A stretch of 63,968 nucleotides of DNA, counting the filler, from a bacterium (GTDB lineage: Bacteria; JBDRGX01), in the NCBI GenBank assembly GCA_043817485.1. It is 6 parts of 6 records of this genome, joined end to end, with 100 filler letters (N's around TTAATTAATTAA, not from the genome) between each part and the next. Parts side by side here need not be neighbours in the genome. Positions count along the whole stretch, not along the records: positions 35,232 to 43,860 come from JBDRGX010000060.1; positions 43,961 to 52,241 come from JBDRGX010000062.1; 4 more parts are not named here. One strand, 5' to 3'. Below are positions 40,476 to 49,926 of the stretch, piece by piece. The notes below the pieces were generated by a model. The model searched no databases. It worked only from the letters and a program-made list of their open reading frames with translations, and was not told the DNA's origin. Both the position numbers and the translations under genes were made by a program. The number at the start of each line of letters is the position of its first letter. Position 1 is the first letter of the stretch.

Positions 40476-40913
40476 CTACAAAGACTCTTTTATTGCTCGG
40501 CATAACTCTTCTGGTTCGTCTGTACCAAGCCTGATTTGTTTACCATTCTTCAATAGAATTTGAACAGCAGACAGACCAGACACATTGTATAACCACCCAT
40601 ATGGTGTCAGGTGAATACCCCATCCATAGTACCAACGATTTTTAACCACCTCACAATTTTGAATATCACTTAAGGAAATTTGTTTACGCCAGAAGCCAGG
40701 TCCAAAATGCCACGTTAAAGTGTTATTTTGAATTTCAACTGTAAGCGTTGCGAACAAAATTGCACAAGCCATTAAAAGCAAAAGGACAGAGAAAAAAATC
40801 CAATCACTACCCTGAGTAAGTATAGTACCCAAAACAAAGAGAACTTCAGCTCCAATAGAAATAATTATAACATAACCAACCTGAGTATGTTTGTAGATTA
40901 CATTCATCTTCAT
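40476..40913 (-). CDS. cassette-borne small membrane protein (2 TM plus PH-like domain)
   Basis: ggagg RBS immediately after an attC R' site; WYYGWGI, IRLGTDEP. Confidence 0.75.
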   Translation of the reverse strand: MKMNVIYKHTQVGYVIIISIGAEVLFVLGTILTQGSDWIFFSVLLLLMACAILFATLTVEIQNNTLTWHFGPGFWRKQISLSDIQNCEVVKNRWYYGWGIHLTPYGWLYNVSGLSAVQILLKNGKQIRLGTDEPEELCRAIKESL

Positions 40914-40928
40914 GCCTCCTTGAAATAT

Positions 40929-40979
40929 GCTTAACGATAAAAATAACCAGCGAAGTCTGGTTCATTTTTCTTGTTAGGC
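40929..40979 (-). other. attC-like site (51 bp), copy 1
   Basis: GCCTAAC-aagaaa-aatGaaccag-acttcg-ctggttatt-tttatc-GTTAAGC; the upstream gene's TAA lies inside R''. Confidence 0.8.
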
Positions 40980-41162
40980 TGTCTTACCACTATTTATTAT
41001 GGAACTCTTCTTTCGAGCAACTGCAAAGGATACTACTTGGTGTTTGTTTGCAACCTGTCTCTTTTGGGCATCTTCAATAATGGCTTTGATGTCGAAATTG
41101 AACTTTGCCGCGTGTTCTTCACGAACATTCCGTACTTGTTTAACTATAGGATCTTTCCACAT
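40974..41162 (-). CDS. small putative antitoxin partner of the PIN protein
   Basis: MWKDPIVKQVRNVREEHAAKFNFD; directly downstream of the PIN gene. Confidence 0.7.
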   Translation of the reverse strand: MWKDPIVKQVRNVREEHAAKFNFDIKAIIEDAQKRQVANKHQVVSFAVARKKSSIINSGKTA

Positions 41163-41166
41163 TGAT

Positions 41167-41640
41167 TCACTCCCCCATTAATTCTTCGGGTGTGCAGATA
41201 ACAGGACAAGCAAATCCATACTCTGCACAAACTTTTCTTACTCTTTCTGTAATTTCTGCATTAGCAATATGAGTACAATTCCAAGTCATTAGGAATTGCA
41301 TACGATGTACCGTAGCAACAGCAATATGTGCTGCATCTGTGGTTGCTTTTCGATGGATGACACCTGATTACAGAATAGCAGATGCCAAACTTATTACAGC
41401 TTCGTTGATATCGAGCAATTCAAACTCGGCAAGTATATTCAATCGCTTTTTGGCTGCTTCTGTATCACCAGAATTAGCTTCATCAAGCACGAATTGAGAG
41501 ATATAGATGTCAAAATCCGTCTTTCGTTTTTGCCACCATTCCCAAGTAAGTTGTTGATGTCCAGCGACTATTATATCTCTACTTGGCCGTGCTGTGAGAT
41601 AACTTGGGATAGTAGTTTCCATGTACAGTTTTGGTTTCAT
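41167..41640 (-). pseudogene. PIN-domain (VapC-like) toxin with in-frame TAA at 41368-41370
   Basis: LYMETTIPSYL; after the stop the frame continues DAAHIAVA...MTWNCTHIAN...ICTPEEL to TGA at 41167. Confidence 0.85.
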
Positions 41641-41667
41641 ATATGCATCACCTCGCTCTTACCATCA

Positions 41668-41718
41668 GCTTAACGATAAAAATAACCAGCGAAGTCTGGT
41701 TCATTTTTCTTGTTAGGC
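41668..41718 (-). other. attC-like site (51 bp), copy 2
   Basis: identical to 40929-40979. Confidence 0.8.
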
Positions 41719-41832
41719 TTTGCTTTGCTGTCTTTTTTCTTTTCTTCTGACTTACCGAAATATTGTGAATTCCATATTCATAAGGTCTGACCACAGACAG
41801 ATTGCTTTCTCAAACAACTGGTTAGGCTGACT

Positions 41833-42006
41833 TTAATGATCTTTTGTGTATGGAATTTTAACGTTTTCCCACAATAAACTTTTATGAGCTTCTTTTACCA
41901 GAATATCAGCAAACTCTTTTAAGCCCTTCCCTTTATTCTCTTCATATAACTTATCTCTGATATCTCTTGTCATTTTGACGCAATCAAAATTTTTATTCTT
42001 CATCAT
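41833..42006 (-). CDS. small putative antitoxin (57 aa, absent from the ORF track)
   Basis: MMKNKNFDCVKMTRDIRDKLYEE..., ggagg RBS, overlaps a PIN 3' end; followed by GCCTAAC (41821-41827). Confidence 0.65.
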   Translation of the reverse strand: MMKNKNFDCVKMTRDIRDKLYEENKGKGLKEFADILVKEAHKSLLWENVKIPYTKDH

Positions 42007-42100
42007 TTAATACCTCCATTGGTGAAAATATTTGTAATGGTTTATATCCATTTCTTAAATTTTCCGCATTAAACTGTACTATTCTATTAAAATTCACAAC
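41993..42100 (-). pseudogene. 3' remnant of a second PIN-domain toxin
   Basis: VVNFNRIVQFNAENLRNGYKPLQIFSPMEVL; 5' part missing. Confidence 0.65.
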
Positions 42101-42277
42101 AAGTCTATTACATCCCTCTATAGTAAATTATTAGCTATAACATAAGAAAATGAATTAAGCAAAATAAAAAAATATTCATCACTTTTTTTTGATTTTTTAT
42201 TGCCATTTCTGCCAAAATCTTTTATATTCTATACCACCTGTTTTATAATTTACTTTTTCAAATCAATAAGAAATAAT

Positions 42278-42643
42278 TTATGGGTTTTCGCACGGTTTGA
42301 CGTCTACCCAATTACAGGGATATGATATGTAAATATGCTTCACCCTATTGCGAATTGTAAATATTTGTCGAGATCCAGCACAAAGATATGCAAAATCACC
42401 TGCTTGATATTTTTCAACAACACCATCTGAACTTATTTCTATTTCACCCTCAAGAATATATAGAATATCATCAACAGGAGCTTTTTCAACAATTCTTTCT
42501 GACTCAAATAATTCATGAATACCACATGACATTTTGGTATCTCCTGTAGCAGGAAAAATTTCTGCAATATTTGAACCAGCCCATATTCCATCTGATATTG
42601 TATTAAGAACAATTGATTCTTTTAATACTTTTTTAATACTCAT
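42278..42643 (-). CDS. cupin protein (EutQ-like)
   Basis: MSCG, DDILYILEGEI, AGDFAY. Confidence 0.7.
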   Translation of the reverse strand: MSIKKVLKESIVLNTISDGIWAGSNIAEIFPATGDTKMSCGIHELFESERIVEKAPVDDILYILEGEIEISSDGVVEKYQAGDFAYLCAGSRQIFTIRNRVKHIYISYPCNWVDVKPCENP

Positions 42644-42669
42644 TTTATTTCCTTATTCTAATAAATTTT

Positions 42670-43341
42670 TCATAAAAAACATTTTCTTTTTTTCCAAAAA
42701 TAAATAATACTAATAATCATAAAAATTGCAAGATAAATATGATAAAAATATTCATCGTTTTTAAATAAAATACACCAAGGAAGTTGTATTCCTATTGAAA
42801 TAACAAATTTTATACTAAAAACAATAATAGCAACAAATAATCCCCATTTTTTCATTCCCCACAAACCAAAACTTGCTATTAAAAATAACGGAGTTATAAA
42901 AATTGCTTCAACAAATGACATTGACCAGTTATAAAGCCCACTATAATTTTCTATAACAGAACTTCCATTATAAAAATTTTTATCAGGAAATCCTGATAAA
43001 AGAGAATCTATGCTTGGAATTAACATATATAAATGATCTACAAGTATTAACCCAATTATAATTTTAATTCCTATTAATGTTTTAATTTGCCTATTCATTA
43101 AAATAAGGGATAATAAAAAAAGTAAAGGAGTTATAAAAATGAAAGATGCAGATAATTGATCTATTAAAGATAGGTGTGATGGTAACAAAAAATTTTCAGG
43201 AGATACATATCCGGGCTCTCCTGGAAGTATTGTTTTTGGCTGCATTAAAAATAATTGTAAAACAATTGTTCCCAAAGCACATATAAATATTAACCATGCT
43301 ATAATTTTAATTCTTTTTGATGTTTCAATTTGCTTATTCAT
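42670..43341 (-). CDS. hypothetical membrane protein
   Basis: about six hydrophobic helices. Confidence 0.65.
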   Translation of the reverse strand: MNKQIETSKRIKIIAWLIFICALGTIVLQLFLMQPKTILPGEPGYVSPENFLLPSHLSLIDQLSASFIFITPLLFLLSLILMNRQIKTLIGIKIIIGLILVDHLYMLIPSIDSLLSGFPDKNFYNGSSVIENYSGLYNWSMSFVEAIFITPLFLIASFGLWGMKKWGLFVAIIVFSIKFVISIGIQLPWCILFKNDEYFYHIYLAIFMIISIIYFWKKRKCFL

Positions 43342-43719
43342 TTTTATTTTTTTCCCAAAAAAACAACAAATTATTTTTATTTATTATACAATTTTATACC
43401 AAATTGCAATTAGAAATAAAATGTTGCAAATTTTTCTCCTTATTTCATATTTTAATATTTTAGATTTAATAGTTTTTCAATTGTTTTGAATTTTAGTCAT
43501 TCAAATTTGTTTTGTCTTTTGATATTTATATTTCGAATTTGGTTTTACTTTAGGAGGTGAAAAAAAGAATTCCACTCCTCTACCCCCGCCAGATGGAGGA
43601 CATTGAAATAACCATTTATTTTCAAAAATGGAACCATAAATAAAAATTTTCAATTTGAAATAAATGCAAATGACCAAAAAATAAGAATTGGATTTTGAAA
43701 ATTCGTAGGGGCAATTCAT

Positions 43720-43860
43720 GAGACTGTGTCGCAATAGAAATTTGGCATGAGAAGTATACAACATGTTGTGCCAATATTAGCAATAAATACTATATATGGG
43801 ATAGTTTTGCCATTAATTATCAATCGTATATATAAAGACTTAAATTAGTTGATATAAAGA
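43720..43860. mobile_element. end of an IS/MITE-like element at a contig end
   Basis: starts GAGACTGTGTCGCAATAG; near-identical reverse complement of 52342-52482. Confidence 0.8.
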
Positions 43861-43960
43861 NNNNNNNNNNNNNNNNNNNNNNNNNNNNNNNNNNNNNNNN
43901 NNNNTTAATTAATTAANNNNNNNNNNNNNNNNNNNNNNNNNNNNNNNNNNNNNNNNNNNN
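43861..43960. other. artificial contig linker
   Basis: same 100-bp spacer. Confidence 0.97.
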
Positions 43961-44006
43961 TTAATTTATTATAAACATTTAAACAATTAAAACGCTATTA
44001 AACTTA

Positions 44007-45077
44007 TCAAATAATCCATCCACCACCAATTATAATATCTTCATCATAAAATACTACTGCTTGCCCTGGAGTAATTGATTTTTGTAATTCATCAAATTCT
44101 ATTCTAATTGTTCCATTTTCTAAAGGAAAAATTGTAGCATTTTTTTCTATATGTTTATATCTTATTTTTGCTTTTACTTTTATCGGTTTTATAAATTCTT
44201 TCTCATCAAAAGCTATCAAATTAACATCTTTTGCAAAAAAAATTTTTTGATAAAGTTCTTTTTCTTCTCCTATTACAATCGTATTTTTTTTTGAATCAAT
44301 CTGAATAACATAAAAAGGTTTTTCATGTGCTCCAATCCCCTTTCTTTGTCCAATTGTATAAAAAGCAATTCCAGAATGTTTTCCTAATACTTCCCCTTTT
44401 TCATTAATTATGGGTCCAGATTTAAAATTATCTGCTAATCCTCTACTTTCAACAAATTTATAATAATTTTTATTTGAAATAAAACATATTTCTTGACTTC
44501 CTGGTTTATCATGAACTTTTAATTCTATTTTTTTTGCTAATTCTCTTACTTCTTCTTTTGTATAATTTGCTAAAGGAAATTTAGTATGCGCTAATTGAGT
44601 TTGAGATAAAGAAAATAAAAAATAAGATTGATCTTTTTTTGTATCTTTTGCTTTTTTAAGAAAATATCTTTTTTTCAAAGGATTATATTCAATTTGAACA
44701 TAATGTCCAGTCGCAAAATATTTTGCACCAAATGTTTTAGATTTTTCAAACAAACTTCCCCATTTAATTTTTTCATTGCAAATAATACAAGGATTAGGAG
44801 TTTTTCCATTAATATATTCACAACAAAAATATTCTATTACTTTTTCTTCAAATTCTTTTTCATAATTAAGACTATAAAAAGGAATATCTAATTTTTGACA
44901 TACTTCTCTTGCATCATCTATACCCTTAATACCACAACAGCCCATTTCAGAAGTTGTATTAGTATAAGGTATTTGCATACTAATACCAATTACTTCATAA
45001 CCTTGTTTAAGTAAAAGATAGGCAGCAATAGAAGAATCAACTCCTCCACTCATTGCCACAATTACACGATCTTTCAT
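44007..45077 (-). CDS. mnmA: tRNA 2-thiouridylase
   Basis: AMSGGVDSS, PNPCIICN, ATGHY, KDQSYFL, TPGQ. Confidence 0.97.
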   Translation of the reverse strand: MKDRVIVAMSGGVDSSIAAYLLLKQGYEVIGISMQIPYTNTTSEMGCCGIKGIDDAREVCQKLDIPFYSLNYEKEFEEKVIEYFCCEYINGKTPNPCIICNEKIKWGSLFEKSKTFGAKYFATGHYVQIEYNPLKKRYFLKKAKDTKKDQSYFLFSLSQTQLAHTKFPLANYTKEEVRELAKKIELKVHDKPGSQEICFISNKNYYKFVESRGLADNFKSGPIINEKGEVLGKHSGIAFYTIGQRKGIGAHEKPFYVIQIDSKKNTIVIGEEKELYQKIFFAKDVNLIAFDEKEFIKPIKVKAKIRYKHIEKNATIFPLENGTIRIEFDELQKSITPGQAVVFYDEDIIIGGGWII

Positions 45078-45216
45078 TATAAAATTACCTCTATTATTGA
45101 AATAAAAAATTTTGTTTTCATAATACTTTATTAACAAAAAGTCAATTTTTTCTTTTTTTAAAATACAATTTATTTGAGTATTTTCCTAAATTATAAAAAA
45201 GTGTTAAAAAAAAATA

Positions 45217-45245
45217 TTGACAAAAAAAACTAATTAAATTAATAT
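45217..45245 (+). promoter_or_regulatory. sigma70-like promoter
   Basis: TTGACA-17 nt-TAATAT upstream of 45310. Confidence 0.4.
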
Positions 45246-45309
45246 AATATCAAGTATTATTTGTAAAAATTACAAAAAAAATATATTTTAAAAAACGAAA
45301 GGTTTAAAA

Positions 45310-45720
45310 ATGAAAAAAAAAATTATTTTAATTAGTTTATTTATTTGTTTTGGAATATGTTTAAGTGGGAAAATTATGGCCCAAGAAAATATAAATCAAT
45401 CAATGTCAATCCCAGAAATAAATTTTTGTCTTAGTATAGAAAATAAACAACCTATTTCTATTGCAAAAACATTTAAAAATGATGTTGGAAAAATTTATTG
45501 TTGGACACTTTTTGAAAAAGTAAAAGAAGATATGGAAATAGAACATATTTGGTATTATCAAAATAAAATTGTAACAAAAATAAAATTAACTGTTAAATCT
45601 CCTAAATATAGAACTTGGAGCATGAAAAATATTGCAAAATCTCAAAAAGGAAATTGGAAAGTAGTAATAGTCGATAAAATGGGTAATGTATTAGGATCTA
45701 ATTCTTTTGTAGTAGAATAA
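45310..45720 (+). CDS. DUF2914 domain secreted protein
   Basis: IYCWT, HIWYY, YRTWS.K, GNWKV. Confidence 0.8.
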   Translation: MKKKIILISLFICFGICLSGKIMAQENINQSMSIPEINFCLSIENKQPISIAKTFKNDVGKIYCWTLFEKVKEDMEIEHIWYYQNKIVTKIKLTVKSPKYRTWSMKNIAKSQKGNWKVVIVDKMGNVLGSNSFVVE

Positions 45721-45741
45721 TAAATTTGAGGTAAATTTTAA

Positions 45742-47049
45742 ATGAAATATATTAAATTTATTTTAATGTTTTTAATGTTAAAAAATGCTATTAGTTCTAA
45801 TCTTTTGTTAGAAGAAATTCGTTATTGGAGTTCTCCAGAATATACAAGAGTAGTTTTTGATCTTAATCATTCTGATGTTCAATATGAAATTATAGAATCA
45901 AGTAATCCATCTCAAATAAATATATATTTAAAAAATATCAAATCTGAAATAAAAAAAGGAAAAATGGGAGTTAATGATAAAGTAATTAAATCTATAGAAA
46001 TTTTACCAGAACAAAACGGAATAAGAGTAATTTTAGAATTGCTTGCTAAAACACAATTCAAATCTTTATTTCTTCAAAAAAGTGGAGAAAAAACAAATAG
46101 GTTAATTATTGATTGTCAATATGCAGGATATAAAGAAGAATTTTCAGAAAAAGAATTTGCTGAAATAAAGAAAAAAAAACAAATAATTGTTATTGATGCA
46201 GGACATGGAGGAGAAGATCCAGGAGCTATAAGTAGATATAAAAAAATACAAGAAAAAGATGTAGTTTTAAAAGTTGCTCAAAAATTAAAAAAACTTATTA
46301 ATAGTAATAATAATTTAAAAGCAATTTTAACAAGAGAAAGTGATTATTTTATTCCTTTAAAAGAAAGAACTAAAATGGCTTGTAAATATCAAGCAGATTT
46401 ATTTATTAGTATTCATGCAAATTCAACTTTACGAAATTTTACAGCAAAAGGTACTCATGTTTATATTCTTTCACCTAAAGGAGCTAGTGATGAATTTTCT
46501 CGAATTACAGCAAATATAGAAAATGCTTCTGATATGATGAGTGAAATTGAAATAGAAAAAAAAGAAGAAAAAAATGAACTTTTAATAAAAACATTAGTAG
46601 ATTTATCTCAAACAAATGTTTTAAATAAAAGTTATAATTTTGCTAATGCACTAAAAAATGAATTTTTAGAAAATAGAGATGATAAAGAAGTTGAAATTAA
46701 ATCAGCTAATTTTATGGTATTAAGATCTATTAATACACCATCTATCTTATTAGAAATAGCTTTTCTTTCTAATTTAAGTGAAGAAGAATTATTGATTGAT
46801 GAAAATTTTCAAGAAAAAGTTGCACAAAGTACTTATAATGGAATTCTTAATTATTTAGAATTAGAAGGAAAAATTCCTGTAGAAAAAATTTATTGTTCAA
46901 ATACAGTTTATCATATTGTTCAAAAAGGAGATACTTTATTAGATCTTGCTCATCTTTATAATCTAAGTGCAAATGTTATCAAAAAAATAAATGGATTAAG
47001 ATCAAAATATCTTTATCCTGGGCAAAAATTATTGATTGCAAATCCTTAA
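45742..47049 (+). CDS. N-acetylmuramoyl-L-alanine amidase (AMIN + Amidase_3 + LysM)
   Basis: TRVVFDL, IDAGHGGEDPGA, FISIHAN, LLEIAFLSN, HIVQKGDTL. Confidence 0.93.
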   Translation: MKYIKFILMFLMLKNAISSNLLLEEIRYWSSPEYTRVVFDLNHSDVQYEIIESSNPSQINIYLKNIKSEIKKGKMGVNDKVIKSIEILPEQNGIRVILELLAKTQFKSLFLQKSGEKTNRLIIDCQYAGYKEEFSEKEFAEIKKKKQIIVIDAGHGGEDPGAISRYKKIQEKDVVLKVAQKLKKLINSNNNLKAILTRESDYFIPLKERTKMACKYQADLFISIHANSTLRNFTAKGTHVYILSPKGASDEFSRITANIENASDMMSEIEIEKKEEKNELLIKTLVDLSQTNVLNKSYNFANALKNEFLENRDDKEVEIKSANFMVLRSINTPSILLEIAFLSNLSEEELLIDENFQEKVAQSTYNGILNYLELEGKIPVEKIYCSNTVYHIVQKGDTLLDLAHLYNLSANVIKKINGLRSKYLYPGQKLLIANP

Positions 47050-47069
47050 TTTTAAATTAGGAATTTAAT

Positions 47070-47528
47070 TTGAAAATAAAATTACAAATTATTTTAATTT
47101 TATTAGGAATGTTTTTTTTGTCAAATTGTGTTAGTCAAAGAAATTTTATAAAACAACAACACAATGAAACATACGAAAATAAATCTGTAAAAATTATTAA
47201 AACAGCAGAATCATTATTAAATATTTCCAAAAAAAAATTTGATTGTTCTAAATTTGTTCAATATGTTTATTCTTTAGAAGGAATTAATTTGCCAAGATCT
47301 TCAATAGAACAATTTCAAATAGGAGAAAAAATATCTCATAATAATTTAAAAAAAGCAGATTTAGTTTTTTTTACTACTATTAGAAAAGATGTTTCTCATG
47401 TAGGAATTTATATTGAGAATAATAACTTTATTCATGTCTCTACCAAAAAAAATAAAGTTATTATTGATAATCTTCTTGCTCCTTATTATCAAAAACGCTT
47501 TATTGAAGGAAGAAGAGTAATAAAATAG
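47070..47528 (+). CDS. NlpC/P60 family lipoprotein peptidase
   Basis: FDCS, LPRSS, DLVFF, SHVGIY, FIH. Confidence 0.9.
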   Translation: MKIKLQIILILLGMFFLSNCVSQRNFIKQQHNETYENKSVKIIKTAESLLNISKKKFDCSKFVQYVYSLEGINLPRSSIEQFQIGEKISHNNLKKADLVFFTTIRKDVSHVGIYIENNNFIHVSTKKNKVIIDNLLAPYYQKRFIEGRRVIK

Positions 47529-48277
47529 TGTTATCTCATATACTTCAAATTAAAAAAATAAACGAAAATATTTTTAATCTTGTAATCAAAACTTCTATTG
47601 CTCAAAAAGCCAATCCTGGTCAATTTATTCATATTAAAATAAGTGATAATTTTATTCCTTTTTTAAGAAGACCAATGAGTATTCATTCTGTAAATAAAAA
47701 AAATAAAACTATTGAAATATTATTTAGAGTAATTGGACAAGGGACACTTCTTTTATCTCAAAAAAGTATAAATCAAACTATTGATATTTTGGGTCCAATA
47801 GGAAATGGTTTTCCTATTACAAAAAAGAAAAATATTGTTTTAATAGCTGGAGGAATAGGAATAGCTCCTTTATTCTACTTAGCTAACAAATTAAAAAAAA
47901 TGAAAAAAGAAGTTTTAATTTTATTCGGAGCTAAAAATAAAAACGAACTTTTAAAAATAGATGAATTAGAAAAAATTGGATGTAAAATTAAAATAGCTAC
48001 TGAAGATGGTTCTTGTGGATATAAAGGAAAAGTTACAGATTTATTATTTAATTTAGATTTTTCTTTTCAAATTATATATGCTTGTGGACCAATAAAAATG
48101 TATGAAAAAATAAAAGATTTTATTAAAGATAAAAACATTCCTTGCTATGTTTCATTAGAACAAAAAATGGCTTGTGGACAAGGATTTTGTTGGGGATGTG
48201 TTTGGAAAACTTTAACGGGATATAAAAGAGTATGTAAAGAAGGACCTGTTTTTGATATAAAAAATGTAATATTATAA
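47528..48277 (+). CDS. pyrK: dihydroorotate dehydrogenase electron transfer subunit
   Basis: PGQF, LRRPMS, GGIGIAP, MACGQGFCWGC, VCKEGPVF. Confidence 0.92.
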   Translation: MLSHILQIKKINENIFNLVIKTSIAQKANPGQFIHIKISDNFIPFLRRPMSIHSVNKKNKTIEILFRVIGQGTLLLSQKSINQTIDILGPIGNGFPITKKKNIVLIAGGIGIAPLFYLANKLKKMKKEVLILFGAKNKNELLKIDELEKIGCKIKIATEDGSCGYKGKVTDLLFNLDFSFQIIYACGPIKMYEKIKDFIKDKNIPCYVSLEQKMACGQGFCWGCVWKTLTGYKRVCKEGPVFDIKNVIL

Positions 48278-48284
48278 AAGAAGA

Positions 48285-48522
48285 AAATACGAATATCGAA
48301 ACAAATTTCAATGACCGAAACATAAAATGAATTTTCAATTTAAAACAAATTCAATTGTTTCTATGGAACATTTTTGGTAAAAACGAATATCGAAATCCGA
48401 AACAAAATTGTAAATAGAATTCAGAAATCAGAATGAAAAAATTACATTTAATTCAAGTGTTTTAAGTTTTGTTTTCAAATTTGGTAGTTTTCAACATTTT
48501 ATTTCTAATTGCAACTTGGTAT
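48285..48522. repeat. composite intergenic repeat, inverted relative to 37961-38098
   Basis: gaatatcgaaacaaatttcaatgacc, gaatatcgaaatccgaaacaaa, terminal aacattttatttctaattgcaacttggtat. Confidence 0.75.
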
Positions 48523-48568
48523 CAATCCATACATCCACTTTTGACTTCTCAAAATCTATTCTCATTTT

Positions 48569-49909
48569 TTATTTCAAAAAATAACTTGTTAATAAATTAA
48601 GATTATTTTCTTTTATATCTATATCAAAAATTTCTTCATAAATTACACTATTTCCATTATTATAATATTTTACTTTAATAGTATTTTTTCCTGTTGGAAG
48701 TTTAAATTCTCCAACAAGACATTTTTCTGGCAAAGTATACCAACATCGTAAATCTGCTTGTTCAGAAAGATTTACAACAGCAGCAGCTCCTATTTGAGCA
48801 AAAATATCAAGCAAAGTATCTTCTTTTCCTTTTGTTATTTTTTTTATAGTTTTATGCGCAGCAATACTTTTTCCTAAACTTCTCATAACAGCTTTTAAAT
48901 AAACAAGTTTTTTCTTAACCTCATAAACTTCATAAATTACTTTACCCATATTTTCTAATAAAAAAAGTTCACCCAATAAAACATCATCTTTAAAAACTTT
49001 TACTTTTTGTACTTGTGAATTAGAAAATACAAGATACGGAACAGCAAATTTAAAATGCAAATCTGGTTCTATTGGTAAGTAAATAAATTCCTCAAAATAA
49101 TCTTTTCCAAAACCACTTGATATAACAGCTATATTTTCTAATGTATGAATACTAAATTCTGATTGTTGTTTTATTGGACATTTACCAACAAAAGCTAAAA
49201 CATTTAAACAAGGATTTTCTGTTTTTTCTGAAAATTTTTCTATACAAGGAGGAATTGAATAATTATAAATTTGCGATTGTGTTTTCCATGCTTTCAAAAT
49301 TTTTTCTTTATCAATAATTACATCATCAACTTTATTTTCTGCTTTATAACAAATCATACTTAAATAACGAGCTAAAACATCATTATGAAAATTAGACTTA
49401 TTTACTTTAAATTTAATATTTTTTTGAGATTCATTGTAATGATTACATTCTTTTAAATACTTTTGTTCTAAAACAGAAAGTTTATGATCTACTCGCCTTA
49501 TTTCTACCATTGCTTCATCAAAATTATTTAAGTTCAAATAATTTAAAGCATTGAAAATATTTAGATATATATTTTCATAATCTTCCCCAGAATAAGACAA
49601 AGTATTATCATTGATTAAATAAGAAAAAACTTCTTTTGAAAGACTTTTTGTTGTAAGTTCTTATATATATTTTTCTGCTTTTTGAAAATAAAAAATACTT
49701 TCTTTGTAGTCTTTTTTATAATGATATAAATTCCCTAAAAGAAACGCAGACAAAACTCTATCTTTTTCATTAGATTTTTTTTTAATAATAGAAATTGCTT
49801 CTTCATATTTATTTTGACTAATATTTAATTCAACTTTTTCTCTATAAGCAACAAAAGATGCACAAGAAGTTAGAAAAAAAATTAACAAAAGAAAAAAATA
49901 TTTTTTCAT
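48569..49909 (-). pseudogene. COG3014-like lipoprotein interrupted by an in-frame TAA at 49661-49663
   Basis: the two ORFs are in one frame (AEKYI*ELTTKSLSKE...YSGEDYE); LTSC lipobox; ADLRCWYTLP. Confidence 0.75.
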
Positions 49910-49926
49910 TATTTTCCTAAATTATT

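Noticed and set aside
40971-41181. Plus-strand ORFs 40971-41165 and 40999-41181
   Set aside because: The minus-strand ORF has an RBS, follows the PIN gene and stops inside the attC R'' box, so it is the better call.
41368-49663. Two in-frame TAA codons as evidence of stop-codon reassignment
   Set aside because: TAA ends most conserved genes at the expected positions, and TGA and TAG are also used as stops; the standard code fits.
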